64,000 nt of DNA from Gekko japonicus (taxonomy: Eukaryota): assembly GCF_001447785.1 (NCBI RefSeq), contig NW_015172097.1:47296-111295 (forward strand), written 5' to 3'. Shown here in pieces: positions 22,662 to 35,440 of this stretch. The stretch's first letter is position 1. Each line of letters starts with the position of its first letter. The notes under the pieces were generated by a model. The model was not told the origin of the DNA, made no database searches, and saw only the letters and a program-made list of their open reading frames with translations. The position numbers and the translations under genes are program-made.

Positions 22662-25070
22662 CAGGGGTGGGTTAACCATTAAGCAGACTAAGCATGTACT
22701 TAGGGCACCAGGACCAAAGGGGGCACCACAAAGTTGGGGAAAGGGTGAAAAGGAAAAAAAAAAAGAGATACTGTTCACAGAAGGTATTTTATGGAATAAA
22801 AGCCAATGGGGAACACTACACTAGAGAATGGCTGTTGTACTCTCCTTCAAAAGGTTCAGTTCACTGTTTTGTTTGTAAACTATTTGTGCTTTGGCGTGTT
22901 ATAGCAATCATTTGCACACTGGCTGAATGAGGACTGACATTCCGAGGAAAAGTGGAAAAATCTGGGTCTCTCAATAATGGGAATTATTTGGGGCTACTTG
23001 AATTGATAAGTCGGTTTGACCCATTCTTGGCTGCTCAGATATCATGGTATGGCAATGCTGGAAAAGGCAACCCTTCGTACCTGTCCAAAATGATATGTGA
23101 GGAATTGATTGAGTTAATGNNNNNNNNNNNNNNNNNNNNNNNNNNNNNNNNNNNNNNNNNNNNNNNNNNNNNNNNNNNNNNNNNNNNNNNNNNNNNNNNN
23201 NNNNNNNNNNNNNNNNNNNNNNNNNNNNNNNNNNNNNNNNNNNNNNNNNNNNNNNNNNNNNNNNNNNNNNNNNNNNNNNNNNNNNNNNNNNNNNNNNNNN
23301 NNNNNNNNNNNNNNNNNNNNNNNNNNNNNNNNNNNNNNNNNNNNNNNNNNNNNNNNNNNNNNNNNNNNNNNNNNNNNNNNNNNNNNNNNNNNNNNNNNNN
23401 NNNNNNNNNNNNNNNNCAGCAAAAACTTTTGGATGCAAATCAGTTTGCCATTTATGTACCCTGTGCAGCTCATTCACTAAATTTAGTTGGACAAAGTGCT
23501 GTGGATTGCTGTCAAGTTGCAGTAGATTTCTTTTCCACTGTACAACTGCTCTACACATTCTTTTCAGCCTCAACTGCTTGGTGGAAAATTCTCAAAGATT
23601 GCATTGGAAATGAAAAAGTGTTGAAATCACTTTCAGACACCACATGGGAAGCACATGCTGTGGCAACTGCAGCAATTATCAATTCTTTCTTCAAGAATCC
23701 GNNNNNNNNNNNNNNNNNNNNNNNNNNNNNNNNNNNNNNNNNNNNNNNNNNNNNNNNNNNNNNNNNNNNNNNNNNNNNNNNNNNNNNNNNNNNNNNNNNN
23801 NNNNNNNNNNNNNNNNNNNNNNNNNNNNNNNNNNNNNNNNNNNNNNNNNNNNNNNNNNNNNNNNNNNNNNNNNNNNNNNNNNNNNNNNNNNNNNNNNNNN
23901 NNNNNNNNNNNNNNNNNNNNNNNNNNNNNNNNNNNNNNNNNNNNNNNNNNNNNNNNNNNNNNNNNNNNNNNNNNNNNNNNNNNNNNNNNNNNNNNNNNNN
24001 NNNNNNNNNNNNNNNNNNNNNNNNNNNNNNNNNNNNNNNNNNNNNNNNNNNNNNNNNNNNNNNNNNNNNNNNNNNNNNNNNNNNNNNNNNNNNNNNNNNN
24101 NNNNNNNNNNNNNNNNNNNNNNNNNNNNNNNNNNNNNNNNNNNNNNNNNNNNNNNNNNNNNNNNNNNNNNNNNNNNNNNNNNNNNNNNNNNNNNNNNNNN
24201 NNNCCAGAGACAAATTCCATATCTCCACTTTTTATGTAATTGTTGAAAAGTCAGAAATGGAAATGAGGAGGAGACAAAAGGTATACACTGAAATAGCAGA
24301 CAGATTTTTTTGTCTGACAGATGTTGCTAATGCCACCCAACAAGGTGCTAATTCCCAATGATCAGAAAGTGAAAGGTACTCAAAGACTTGTCAGACACTC
24401 ATTGATGCTTATCCAGATGACATGAACAACACTTTGTCTACAGAGCTTCAGCAGTTCCATTCATATGTTCTTCATAAGTTTAAAACAACCAAGAAAACAT
24501 CTTTCACTCAACATGGAACTTTACAACACAATTACAGAAAACAAACTAGAGAGTGCCTTTCCAAATGCTGAAATTGCCTTAAGAATATTTTTTAAAATTA
24601 ATGGTCACCAACTGCATAACAGAGAGATCTTTCTCACAACTGAAACGTGTAAAAAACCCAAATAGATCAGTTATGCTTCAAGAAAGACTCAACTCACCGT
24701 GTATATTAACAATTGAAGCAGACATTCTGAGAGGTATTAATTTTGAAGATGTTATCAGTGATTTTGCGAAAATGAAATGTAGAAAAATGCCTTTCAGGTC
24801 ATGAATATTGGAACTTTGATACATTTAACTTGTGAAATATTAAAATAGATGTTGTATTGCATTTTTGTAGAACTTTATGTCGCCCAAGCTTGGCTTAGTT
24901 TGCACAGTATATTGTGTTATCATATGAATAAATTTTTGTATTGCTGCAACCTGCATTGTATATCTGGTCAGACAGGTCAACAACTACAATGGACTGGGTC
25001 AGTGTGGAAAGGAGGGGGACACCAAGATTGGTCAGTGCTTAGGGCACCAGTGAGCCTTAATCCGCCCCTG
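22662..25070 (+). mobile_element. full-length decayed hAT (Tip100/Zaphod-like) DNA transposon
   Basis: TIRs CAGGGGTGGGTTAA / TTAATCCGCCCCTG; exact 8-bp TSD GCGACATC at 22654-22661 and 25071-25078. Confidence 0.92.
22740..24804 (+). pseudogene. hAT transposase pseudogene (ZMYM1-like), with stops, frameshifts and two gaps
   Basis: Motifs WLLYSPSKGSVHCFVCKLF (TTF zinc finger), NGNYLGLLELIS, YVPCAAHSLNLV, SDTTWEAH and ERSFSQLKRVK...QERLN (dimerization domain). Confidence 0.9.
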
Positions 25071-25201
25071 GCGACATCAACACCCATGGCACTGTGTTCT
25101 GCACTAGATGCAAAGTCCGGAGCAGAGTCAAGGGAAGCCCCACATAGAGAGAATTGTAATAATCTAATCTGGAAGTGACCGTTGCATGGGGAAAGGGAAG
25201 A

Positions 25202-25371
25202 CAGTAAAAAGCCCAGGACCACCTTTAAGACTAACAAACTTTATTATAGCATAAGCTTTCGAGAAACACAGCTCTCTGTCAGATGCATGCTACAAAAAAG
25301 TTTGTTAGTCTTAAAGGTGCTACTGGCTTTTTAACTATTTTGCAGCAACAGACTAACACAGCTAACTCCTC
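25202..25371. mobile_element. Penelope-like element remnant (inverted pseudo-LTRs)
   Basis: Inverted arms CACCTTTAAGACTAACAAACTTT / AAAGTTTGTTAGTCTTAAAGGTG, a ~35-nt tail and a 13-bp TSD GGGAAAGGGAAGA (25189-25201 / 25372-25384). Hammerhead-like core on the minus strand. Confidence 0.75.
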
Positions 25372-26291
25372 GGGAAAGGGAAGAGCTTCTCTTCAGGAGC
25401 TTGAATTGGTAGTTAAGACATACAATAATTGTATTTTGCTGTAATGGGAAGGTTTTCAATACAGATCATGGGAAATAGCAGAATAATAATGCTACAGTGA
25501 TAAAAAAAGATTCCAGTTACGGCACATGAGTTATTCAAGGATATAATATTTAGGGAATGTAAAGCGAGTTTTATTACCATCAGCAATTTCTACTTATGAA
25601 AACAGCAGCAGCAGTTCTTCTCTTTTTATGAATGCAGAGTTTTTAAAGCAAAATATGAGCATTTCTGCCAGTACTGTGATTAGGGCCTCTGGAAAGGTAG
25701 GGCTATATAAAGGGGGGGGGGGTGCCACAGCCATGATGTCACTGATGGTTGTATACAATCTGAAATACTCCTGGTCTTCTCTTTATATAGTAAATTCACT
25801 TCATTATATTTAGTTAAATAAGTCAAAGATATCTCGATAACTGTAGTTATGAACAACCCCTGGCGGCATCTGATCCTGTGATTCACTTACCCATTGGCAT
25901 AATTCCTTTTAAATCACATTGCAGCTACATCTAAATTGGGCTTCCTCTACATTAAATTCCCTTTTATTGTTTTCTTTTAAGGTGTGCAGCTCTCAGGTTT
26001 ATTTCATCCTTGCCATAACAACTACTCAAGAACAGAGTAATAATTTTCTAGGCCATTACATCACAGGAGTATATCTGAAGAGAGTTTTTGTTCCCATAAA
26101 TATTTGGAAGCTATTCAAGTTTTAAGTGACTTGAATATGAAATGCATTCTTTTTAACAATTTTAGGCTTTTATAACCAAACTCAAAGGCAAGGTCAAACC
26201 ATAGCCTCAGCAACTATTTCCAATATCTTCGATTTACGTGGACCAAGCAGTTCAAGTAATAACTATTCAAAATTGACAAATCTGGACTATG

Positions 26292-27168
26292 GCAGGGGCT
26301 GTGACTCAGTGGTGGGTGTCTGCTTGGCATGCAGAAAGTCCCTGGTTCAATCCCTAGCATTCCCAGTTGAAAGGACCGGCTGGTAGGTGATGTGAAAGGC
26401 CTCTGTCTGAGACCCTGGAGAGCTACTGTTAGTCTGAGTACCGACCTTTAGGGACCAAGGGTCTAATCTCTCTTACATATAAAGCTCATTTGGTGTGAGT
26501 CCTGGAACACACTCCCACAGGCTTTGGCCAGGAGACCTGTCCATCACAAGGTCTCGCCATCCATTGGTGGCTGCATTGGCAGGGTCTCACCATCCATTGG
26601 TGACTGCGTGTCCATGTGTTGTCAATGTCCCGCCCACCCTCCAACAGAACCATCACCCAGCCTTTCCGCCTCAGTAAGCTGCAAGGCGGCAGAGACGGTA
26701 CGCACTCCGACAGCCAAAAGGGCTTGCTCGCCCGGCGCCCTGCCTTCTCGCCTCCTTCTCCCCCACCCTGGTGGCTCTTCCGGCCTCCGTGGCACACCAC
26801 CTGCTGCCCTGACGCTGGCCTCTGCTGCTTCGCCCGGACCCACGCTCCTCCGCCCCTCTCTCACTCCGCCTCCATCAGGAGCCGTGGGCTGGCTCTGGCG
26901 ATGGTGCGGCCTCTAGGTGGCCTTCTGTCCCGCCGCCGACCGCCTGCGGGTCCCGGCGAGGACTGGCGCACACCCCGCCCCGTGCTCCTCCGCGCCTCCA
27001 GATAGGTCAGGGGCCACGGGCCACCTCACGCTCGGCTGAGGCTCCGGGAGGGGGGGAGCATGCCTCCTCCACCACGCCACGCTCACCAAGGCCCTCTGCT
27101 AGAAGCCCGTTGCATTTCAGCCAACAATGGGCCTTCCTAGTTCAGTATAAGGCAGATTCATCTGTTCA
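26292..27168 (+). mobile_element. Squam2-like tRNA SINE interrupted by a Helitron
   Basis: Head GGGGCTGTGACTCAGTGG...GGTTCAATCCC. Body ...GGTCTAA|TTCAGTATAAGGCAG resumes at 27141. Related copy on the minus strand at ~56735-56895. Confidence 0.75.
26467..27140 (+). mobile_element. non-autonomous Helitron with CpG-rich interior
   Basis: Begins TC and ends CTAG, inserted between host A and T with no TSD. Subterminal hairpin GCCCGTTG...CAATGGGC at 27105-27132. Confidence 0.85.
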
Positions 27169-27396
27169 TTCTTAAAGTTACAGAACTAGATTACTAATTT
27201 TCATCCTATCTGGTAACTCAAAGGTAGGATTACCCATCTACCAGCCCTGCCCCACCACCTCAAGATCAGGGTTTGCAGTCCAGGCAATGAAGACCCATCA
27301 CACAGCAAAAGGTTGCCTGAGGCACTAATAGCTCAAAACTATCTCAGGAAGAGATATAAGCCCTACTTGGTGGGGCGGAGGTAAAATACCCCTAGG

Positions 27397-27782
27397 CAGG
27401 GGTCATTTCCAGTGGGAGCGCACAGGAGTGGAGCTCTGGCAGTAAGGAGCCCAGGGGGCGGGCACATGCAACAAGCCCTGCCCCCTGATCCGAGCAGCCC
27501 ACTGTTGGTCCACAAGGAGCAAGAAGCAGTCAGGTAAGTTGCAGAGCCCCCCCCCCCGGCCCACCTTCAGGTACAAGCTCTCCCTCCTCTGTGAGGGTAG
27601 ATCTGCACGTTCTCCCCCCCCCCAATAGCTAGCAATCCAAAACAGTCCAGTGGAGCCTGAGCAGTGGGTGTTGCCTTCTGACACACTTCTGGTGATGTCA
27701 GGGGGTGTGGCATATGCAAATAAGTTATGTTAATATTATGCTAATGAGCTCCGGCACCTCTTTTTCTACTAAATGACCCCTG
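27397..27782. mobile_element. hAT MITE carrying octamer motifs
   Basis: TIRs CAGGGGTCATTT / AAATGACCCCTG; TSD CCCCTAGG/CCCCTAGA. Confidence 0.8.
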
Positions 27783-29589
27783 CCCCTAGACATATTTACA
27801 TTATATTTAGTTTTAGTTTAATAGTCATGATTCCCCCCCAAAAAAAGCCCTACAAAGAGATTGAAGTTTAATGGGACAGTATTGTTATTATGAGTTGGAT
27901 CCAAACTAAACTGTCAGTTTCCACTCATTCCCTCCTTCCCTCTGCAGCCCCCGTCATGTGATATTTTGGAGACCCCCCTGTCCCTCAGGGAGCAGCGTTT
28001 TGTGAAGATCAGTGGGCTGAAGTGGGAGGGAGGAATGTTCCATTCCACTGAGGGAAGATGTAGTGTGGATCCAACCTTATAGTTCCTCAGTTTCTCTACT
28101 GAGCCACTGGCTAAGATGGACCAGAGGAGAAGAGAGTGCTTCCTATCCAGTCAGGAATCCTCAGTATACATCTAGTACATATTAAGGAACACACATCCTC
28201 TTACTTTATGCTCCTAGAATGAATATTGGTGTAGGCATGACAAACAGATTGCCACAAAACATTAAAACCCTAAAACAGCAGTAGGGGCCATGCAATCAAC
28301 AGAACTAATACAAACATTACAAAACAGTCAGCAAACTTTTAAGTTTTCACCAAAACTCTCTGAGGATGGATTTTAAATTGGTCCTAATAACAGAATCACT
28401 AATGCATTTGGATTATTTCCCTAAAGAACCAACACAAATACCTGCCATTTGAAACAGTTTTGAGTCTTTTACAATAAAGTTGGAAGAATGGGTGTGACGT
28501 GGGGAGCCCTTTCTTCAAGTTCAGGTGAAGGATAAATAGAGCTGTGGGGGGAAAGATGTCTATCAGCTGTCACTAGGTACAGAAAGTGTTAACCGAATAA
28601 GGTATCTGTGCCACAGGGTTGCCAGCTTCGGGTTGGAAATTACCGGGAGATTTGGGGAGTGGATCCTGAGGGGAGCGGGGTTTGAGGCAAGGATAAAAGG
28701 GATGGGCTTGGAATAAGTTCATATATAACTGTGAGAAACAACCATTTCAAATGGCCAGGTTCCTGCTCTTCATGCTCAGCAAAGGTCAGGAATAAACTGA
28801 GGGATAAACGGTTTGTGGGCTCTTTATACAGAATATTGAAATCTGCTGCCAGGATTCCATATTGGCTTAGTTTTCAGTGGGGAAACTGGGGCTTACCCCT
28901 TCCACCCGGTCCAATGAAAAGCTGCTGAGAGACTTGTTCAGAGACTGTACCGCTTGTTCACAGAATGTACTGCCAAATTGTCTGGTAATCTGAGCTGTCA
29001 CTTGACAATCTCTCCAGGATCTTATATTCCCACATGTGCACCCTGGTAGTGAGCTTCCCACTAGCCAGACATTCTAAGATTGGGGTGGGTGGGTAACATT
29101 TATTTTTCAGATTTCTATCCTCGGGGTAGAAACTAGTCAGAGAGTCAAAAATACTTATTTTACTGGCCAAAATTCCAAAAATACTGACAAATTACTGAAC
29201 AATTTAATGTCAGCCTATTGATAAGTTAGTGTTTTAAAAGTAAAACTGGGACTTCATTAAAAATTATTATTATCTGGCCTCCACCATCCCCATAGCCAGC
29301 ACCATGGTCAGATGTGATCCAGATAAAAGGATTGCACACCTTTTTATTGAATTTTTAAAAATGAAGATAGGACAATGTTTTCATTATTGTACAAAATTTA
29401 AGGCAAAAAAAGATTCCCTTTTAAAAATAATCACATACCGCAGATAATAAAACAGCAAAACAACAAAAACATATTAAAAACCAAACATGAAGTAATAATT
29501 ATGACAACAAAACGTAATTACTGTAAGGTAAGACTTGTATTTGCTTTTACTTTATCTTTGGTTTTTTGATGAAAAAAGAACCAGCCAGC

Positions 29590-31657
29590 AGCCTACCATC
29601 CCTGGTGGAGGCTGTGTCGGGCTGGGCATTGGAACACCCTAGACCGATTGTCCTGCATGACGATGTGGCCTCCACTCAGGCGATGGACCTAGTGTAATCC
29701 GTGGTGGCGCTGGGACTCTCCCAATATGTAACGACTCCCACTCACTGGGCCGGAAACACACTTGATCTGATCTTCGCGGCAGGGATCACAGTGGACTGGG
29801 TCACTGCCTCAGCAGTGCCATGGTCAGACCATCATGCCCTGAAGGCCCATCTGAATGTTTTACCCCGACCCTGTTTGGGCGGTGAGCAGATTTCAGCTTG
29901 CCCATGGAGCCGAATGGATCCTATGTGGCTTCAAATGACCCTGCGAGATCTGATGCCCCCGGTGGCTCGTTAGATGAGCTTGTGGAGGATTGGCACAGCT
30001 GACGCTTGGCAGCCATCACTGAGATCGCTCCCTGACACCCTCTGCGCCCTCACTCTAAGCTGGCTCCTTGGTTTACTCAGGAGTTGCGGCTGATGAAGCA
30101 AAGGCTAAGATGGCTAGAGAGACACTAGTGGTGCACCTGCGACAAAGCCACAAGAACATCTTATAGAACATTTATGAGCTCCTATGAGATGGCAGTCAGA
30201 GTATTATGCTGCCACGATTGCATCTGCGAGCTCATGCCCAGCCCAATTATTTAGAATAATTTGGTCTATGACTGTTCTGCCACAAGGCAGACCAAATGTT
30301 AGGGAACTGGACAATGGCTGTGAGGCCTTTGCGAGCTACTTTGCAGATAAAGTCCTGTCGCTCCGCCATGACCTCCCAACCACAGCTGAGACAGTAAGTG
30401 AACTTGAGGTTCCATGCACGTCTTCTAGTCAGGTTATGGATTATTTCAGTCTGCTCAACTGGGAAGAAGTTGACAAACTGCTCTTAACTGTATGCCCTAC
30501 CACATGCTGCCTTGACCTGTACCCATCATGGCTAATTAAAGCTGGCCGTGAAGGGTTTTGAATCCACAACTCCCTCTCAGTGGGACAGTTCCCTAGGGCA
30601 CTCAAGGAAGCTGTGGTTCATCCTCTCCTGAAAAAGCCATCTCTGGATCTGGCCGAATTGGCTAATTACCGTCCAGTCTCCAATCTGCCCTATTTGGGCA
30701 AAATAATTGAGAGGGCCATGGCAATTCAGCTACAGAGCTTTTTGGATGACACTTCCATTCTAGATCCTTTCTAGTCCGGTTTCTGCCCAGGCCACGGGAC
30801 GGAGATGGCACTGGTCACCCCTCATGGATGACCTCCGGAGGCATCTGGATCAGGGCGGATTGGCAGTGATATTGCTGTTGGACCTGTTGGTGGCATTCGA
30901 CATGGTCAACCATTAGTTACTGATCCACTGCCTCGCTGACACTGGAGTCCAGGGGCCTGCCTTGCAATGGCTGGCTTCCTTCCTTCAGGGTCAGGGACAA
31001 AAGGTGACACTAAGGGAGCAGTTATCCCAAAGGCACCCACTGATTTGTGGAGTGTCCCAAGGGGCAGTGCTGTCCCCAATGTTATTTAGCATCTACATGT
31101 GCCCCCTTGCCCAGATTGCCCAGAGGCATGGGCTGGGATGTCAACAGTATGCGGATAACACCCAGCTCTATCTGTTGCTGGGTGGCCAGTCTGACTCTAC
31201 ACTGGAAAATCTAGACCGGGTGTTGCAAGCCATGGCTGGTTGGCTCAGACTGAGCCAACTGAAACTGAATCCGATGAAGATGAAGGTCCTGTGCCTGAGC
31301 CGGGGTGGCCCAAGGGTAGGGATCCTACTTCCGACCTTTGATGGGGCACCATTGGTGCCAGTACTAGAGGTTAGGAGCTTGGGAATGCTCCTGGATGCCT
31401 CACTAACAATGGAGGCCCAGGTAGCAGCCACTGCCAAATCAGCCTTTTACCACCTCTGGCTGATTAGGCAGTTGGTTCCCTTCCTCAAATGTAATGACTT
31501 GGTGACAGTGATCCATGCGATGGTCACCTCGAGACTGGACTACTGTAATGCTCTCTACATGGGGCTGCCCTTGACCCAAATCCAGAAGCTACAGCTAGTG
31601 CAAAATGCTGCAGCCAGGCTTCTGATGGGCCTCCCTATGCGGGACAACATCCAACCT
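29590..31657 (+). mobile_element. L2-clade LINE ORF2 fragment (endonuclease and RT), degenerate
   Basis: TPTH.AGNTLDLIF, WSDH, NYRPVSNLPYLGKIIE, GVSQGAVLSPMLFSIY, QYADNTQLY and SRLDYCNALY, with stops and frameshifts; ends at a gap. Confidence 0.92.
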
Positions 31658-31792
31658 NNNNNNNNNNNNNNNNNNNNNNNNNNNNNNNNNNNNNNNNNNN
31701 NNNNNNNNNNNNNNNNNNNNNNNNNNNNNNNNNNNNNNNNNNNNNNNNNNNNNNNNNNNNNNNNNNNNNNNNNNNNNNNNNNNNNNNNNNNN

Positions 31793-32370
31793 GCCGTCCT
31801 CCGAAGTTATATATATAGATGTAAAGTTTCTTTGAGGATTAGGTGGGCATTCAAAGTTTTCTCTGACATCTTGGCCCTTTCACTGGTCAAAATGCATCCA
31901 GTTTTTGAAAACCCTCTTTCTATGTCCGCCCTACCATGCAATAATGATAATGTTGCTTTCACCGCCTTGGTAACCAGTGGGTATTTTGGATCTCCAGATG
32001 GGTGTGTCTTTTCAAAGAACTAATTCCAGTATGTATCTATGTGGCAAGTTTCACTGGCAGTTTCATCTTCAAGTCTAAGAAGTTTCCATTCATCCACAAT
32101 CATGTCCATTGGAATATCCATCGGGAGTGCTGCTACTATTTTCATTATATCCTTGTGGGTTCCTTCCTTGACCCTCAGTGCTGGAGCTAAACATTGAAGA
32201 TATCTGAGGATGGGCTTGTCCAAAGATGACTGGAGTAAAAGGTGTTTGCAGGCTGCTATGAAATGTTTTTTGCTCCTGTTAAAAAGAGTAGCTGTTCCTT
32301 TTCAGAAAGTTTTTCCAGTTCATCACAGATTCTACTTGCACTGATTACTTCTCTCATAGGTATGTAATGC
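31793..32370 (-). pseudogene. hAT-type transposase C-terminal fragment
   Basis: Minus strand reads IVDEWKLL..IDTYWN*..KYPLVTKAVKATLSLLHGRADIERGFS..LTSERAKMSEKTLNA. Confidence 0.7.
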
Positions 32371-34656
32371 TAATCACTGAAGGCTTCAAGAGACAATGGT
32401 GCAGTAGGGCAGGGGAGAGGAGGCCGATGCAATTCGACATCCATGGCCTCAACCAAAAGCCTAACAAGTCTATATGAAAAGTGTAATGTATTCAGATGCT
32501 GCCCTGAATGCATGGGGACAAAGTGTGAATCGTCCCATAGAGAAGCTATGCTACTGCCCTCCCCCACAAGCCGGTTCAGGACAGGCCACAACAAGTGGAA
32601 CAGTTATAATACACGATACATACAACTTAAAAACTATAAAACCTATAATACAGTACATGATGGTGAGCTCCATGGTGTATGCTGTATATGTGCCCAAGGG
32701 CTGGCCTACCAGAAGGTGGGTAAAACATCTGCCGATGGAGCAATTAAAGTGCATAGCAACAAGACAAGCTGAAGCAGAGTAGGGCAGGGGAGAGGAGGCC
32801 AATGCAATTCGACATCTATGGTCTCAACCAAAAGCCTAACAAGTCCATATGAAAAGGACCTTAGAGTGGCTTCGCAGGGGATCACAACACCCTGAGGCCT
32901 CTGAGATGAAACTTAGGGCAGATAAGGGCATATGAGAAAGGAGGGTAGCATATATATTTCCACCTGCAATTTAATGATAAAACAATCAAAATCTCAGAAC
33001 CACCACCACCAGCAGTGGCCAGAGAAGTAACCCAAGATAGTCATCTCCAGTGGTACAATGCATCAGGGTCAATCAATGAACTTTGTTTTAAGTAAACAGC
33101 TGTTCTGAGTTCATTTTGAAACATAATTTTCTTCTCTCTCTTGCTATTTGCAGGAGCATATGCGGACTTTATCAGATTTGCGCACACCCAAAAATCTTAT
33201 TTAAAACTTCTCCAGCTGCAGAATGTAAAGGGAAATGGCATGGCTGTTTTAAAAGTGGGTCACTAATTTTTCATTTAGGGTTAGGAGACTCCTTTGTGAC
33301 TGAATCATTTTACATATTAATGCAAGATATACTGAACCTTTCTGGAAAGAAAAGAGACGGCATGGAGAGCAGATACAGAGAATATATCTTTTGAAGCTTC
33401 CACCAAGATCTCATTCGAGTATACTACACTGTGTGTCTTTAAAACATACTTTCTAGAGGCTTTAGCTTATTCCTTCACTAATTATTCTGAACAAAACACC
33501 TGAACAGTAGCTACAAGCTTCCCTCTCTACACATGGCCAGGCTTCAAGCACCACATGGATTGTCTGAACCACTGTTCAGACAGCCAGAGGAAAGCTTCCA
33601 ATTAAGGTTTCTTTATATAGCCTAGGAAACTGTTACCTTGCTGCAATCCCCCCAAACAAACCCCAACACCCCATATTCCCTCCCAAATTAATTATCCTGA
33701 ATGTCTCAGGTACCTTTTGTTTTCCTCAGGTACCTTTTGTTTTGACAATTATTTTTATGTTGGATTACCATGATTCAATCAGAACTGCCACTTTCTGTAA
33801 CTTAGCAACAGAACTTATCCAACTGATTAGTAGTTTAGTGTATCCACAGTACGAAATAAAAGATAAAGAAACAGGAGAAATATTTAATGTTGCTACATGG
33901 CGGTGTAATTTTACAGTGACATCTAGTGTGAACTCAAATTTGGTGGATGATGATATCCTTCCCCAAATCAAACCAACTTTGTAGTTGTTTGCCAACTGAT
34001 AGGTCGGACAGAGAGGAAAACAAGAGGAAAAACAACAGCATCTTGGAGGCACTCTTCAAAGAACTGCTTGCAAAATCATTGTACAGACCTTTTTCAGATC
34101 TTCAGCTTGTGTAACATGAGCACGCAAAGTGTTGCAGAAGAACAATGCAAGGCATCATCCACAGCCGGCACACATGTTTACAGTCTGTATACAAGGCTAA
34201 GCATGCAGTTTTGGTCTCTCCAAGATGTGGAACCCAGAAAAAAATAAGATGTGCATAGGATCAACACAAGCCTTCAAATAAATATGCCTGCCACAAAAAT
34301 TGAATTTAGCCTGCTTGCAATAACCATTTTCTCTCAAAATGAGCACCTGGGCAAACTCATATTCAGGGTGTCCTAACAACTGAAAATGAATAATTATACC
34401 AGAGAACTTGCATCTGCACAGTCAAAGGCAGTCCTCACCACATATGCAGCCGACTAGTAGACCCTGTTGGCAAATGCTGAGAACATACTGGAACAACTGA
34501 TACTGATAGGAATTGTAATTTTCTTGGTACTCCAGTTTAACTGAAGAAGCCACAAAAACTATAATTTCCATTAACCCTAAGCAGTAGTACTGCTGAAAAA
34601 GACTAAGAGGAGTTATTTCTAGGAAAGTAAGGCCCCAGTTGGCATCTCTAAATTTA

Positions 34657-34937
34657 AAGAAAAAGAAGGAGATTGGATTTATACCCCACCTTCACTACCT
34701 GAAGGAGTCTCAGAGCGGCTTACAATTTCCTTTCTTTCCCCTCCCCACAACAGACATTCTGTGAGGTAGGTGGGGCTGAGAGAGCTGTTTCGAGAACTGC
34801 TCATGAGAGAACAGCTCTGAAAGGACTTGTAACTGACCCAAGGTCACACCAGCAGCTGCATTTGGAGGAGTGGGGAATCAGACCCAGTTCTCCTACATTA
34901 GAGCCCGTGTTCCTAACCACTACACCAAACTGGCTCT
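34657..34937 (-). mobile_element. Squam3-like SINE
   Basis: Same family as 3285-3520, with a (CTT)-like tail. Confidence 0.85.
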
Positions 34938-35440
34938 CAAAGGGCTAGTCCTTGCTGTGTTACTCCTCCCTCTCCCTTTGGAAAAACAAGGCTGGTGACT
35001 CACCAGAGGAGAAATTGACAGAGCTGTGTGTGTGGATGTAATAGCCACACCTTTTCTGTGAAACTCCTGTTGAACATTCACAAATGCTCCTCAAGCATTT
35101 GAATGTTTGACAGAGATACCCACAAAATTTCAGGTGGCTTTGAATGAATCAGACATGTGTTTACCCCTCATTCTATGGAATCAAATGTAAAATTTACAAA
35201 ATAAGTTCTATTTTGAAATCAGCTCTCAAATTTAAGAGTAAGACTGAAGAAACTTACATGAAATTATGGCAAAATTGGGCTTTCAATTTCAGTTTTCTAT
35301 TCTTAGCTTAAGTTTGGTTGTCAAGACAACGCCTTCCACTTCTACAAAATGCTGCTTTATCCATAAACTATGTGTCACAAAGTCAATATTAAAAGTTTAT
35401 TAGGGTTGTATTTGTCAGTATTTTGTGTTTCATTGATTTA

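Larger units (their letters stand above)
22017..25188 (-). mobile_element. L2-clade LINE 3' fragment, split by a hAT insertion
   Basis: Peptide TVTSRL...NSLYVGLP...LHLVQN (25079-25188) continues into LRDLHWLPIEFWICFKVLVLTFKAL..GPAYL (22292-22660). (TAAA)n tail at ~22017-22036. Confidence 0.85.

Noticed and set aside
26486-27005. Several 80-130 aa overlapping ORFs
   Set aside because: Expected from high GC inside the Helitron; low-complexity products with no recognisable domain.
33742-33984. 80-aa ORF (YEIKDKETGEIFNVATWRC) as an exon or viral insert
   Set aside because: Non-ATG start, no convincing splice pair and no family I can recognise; a BLASTX search would be needed.
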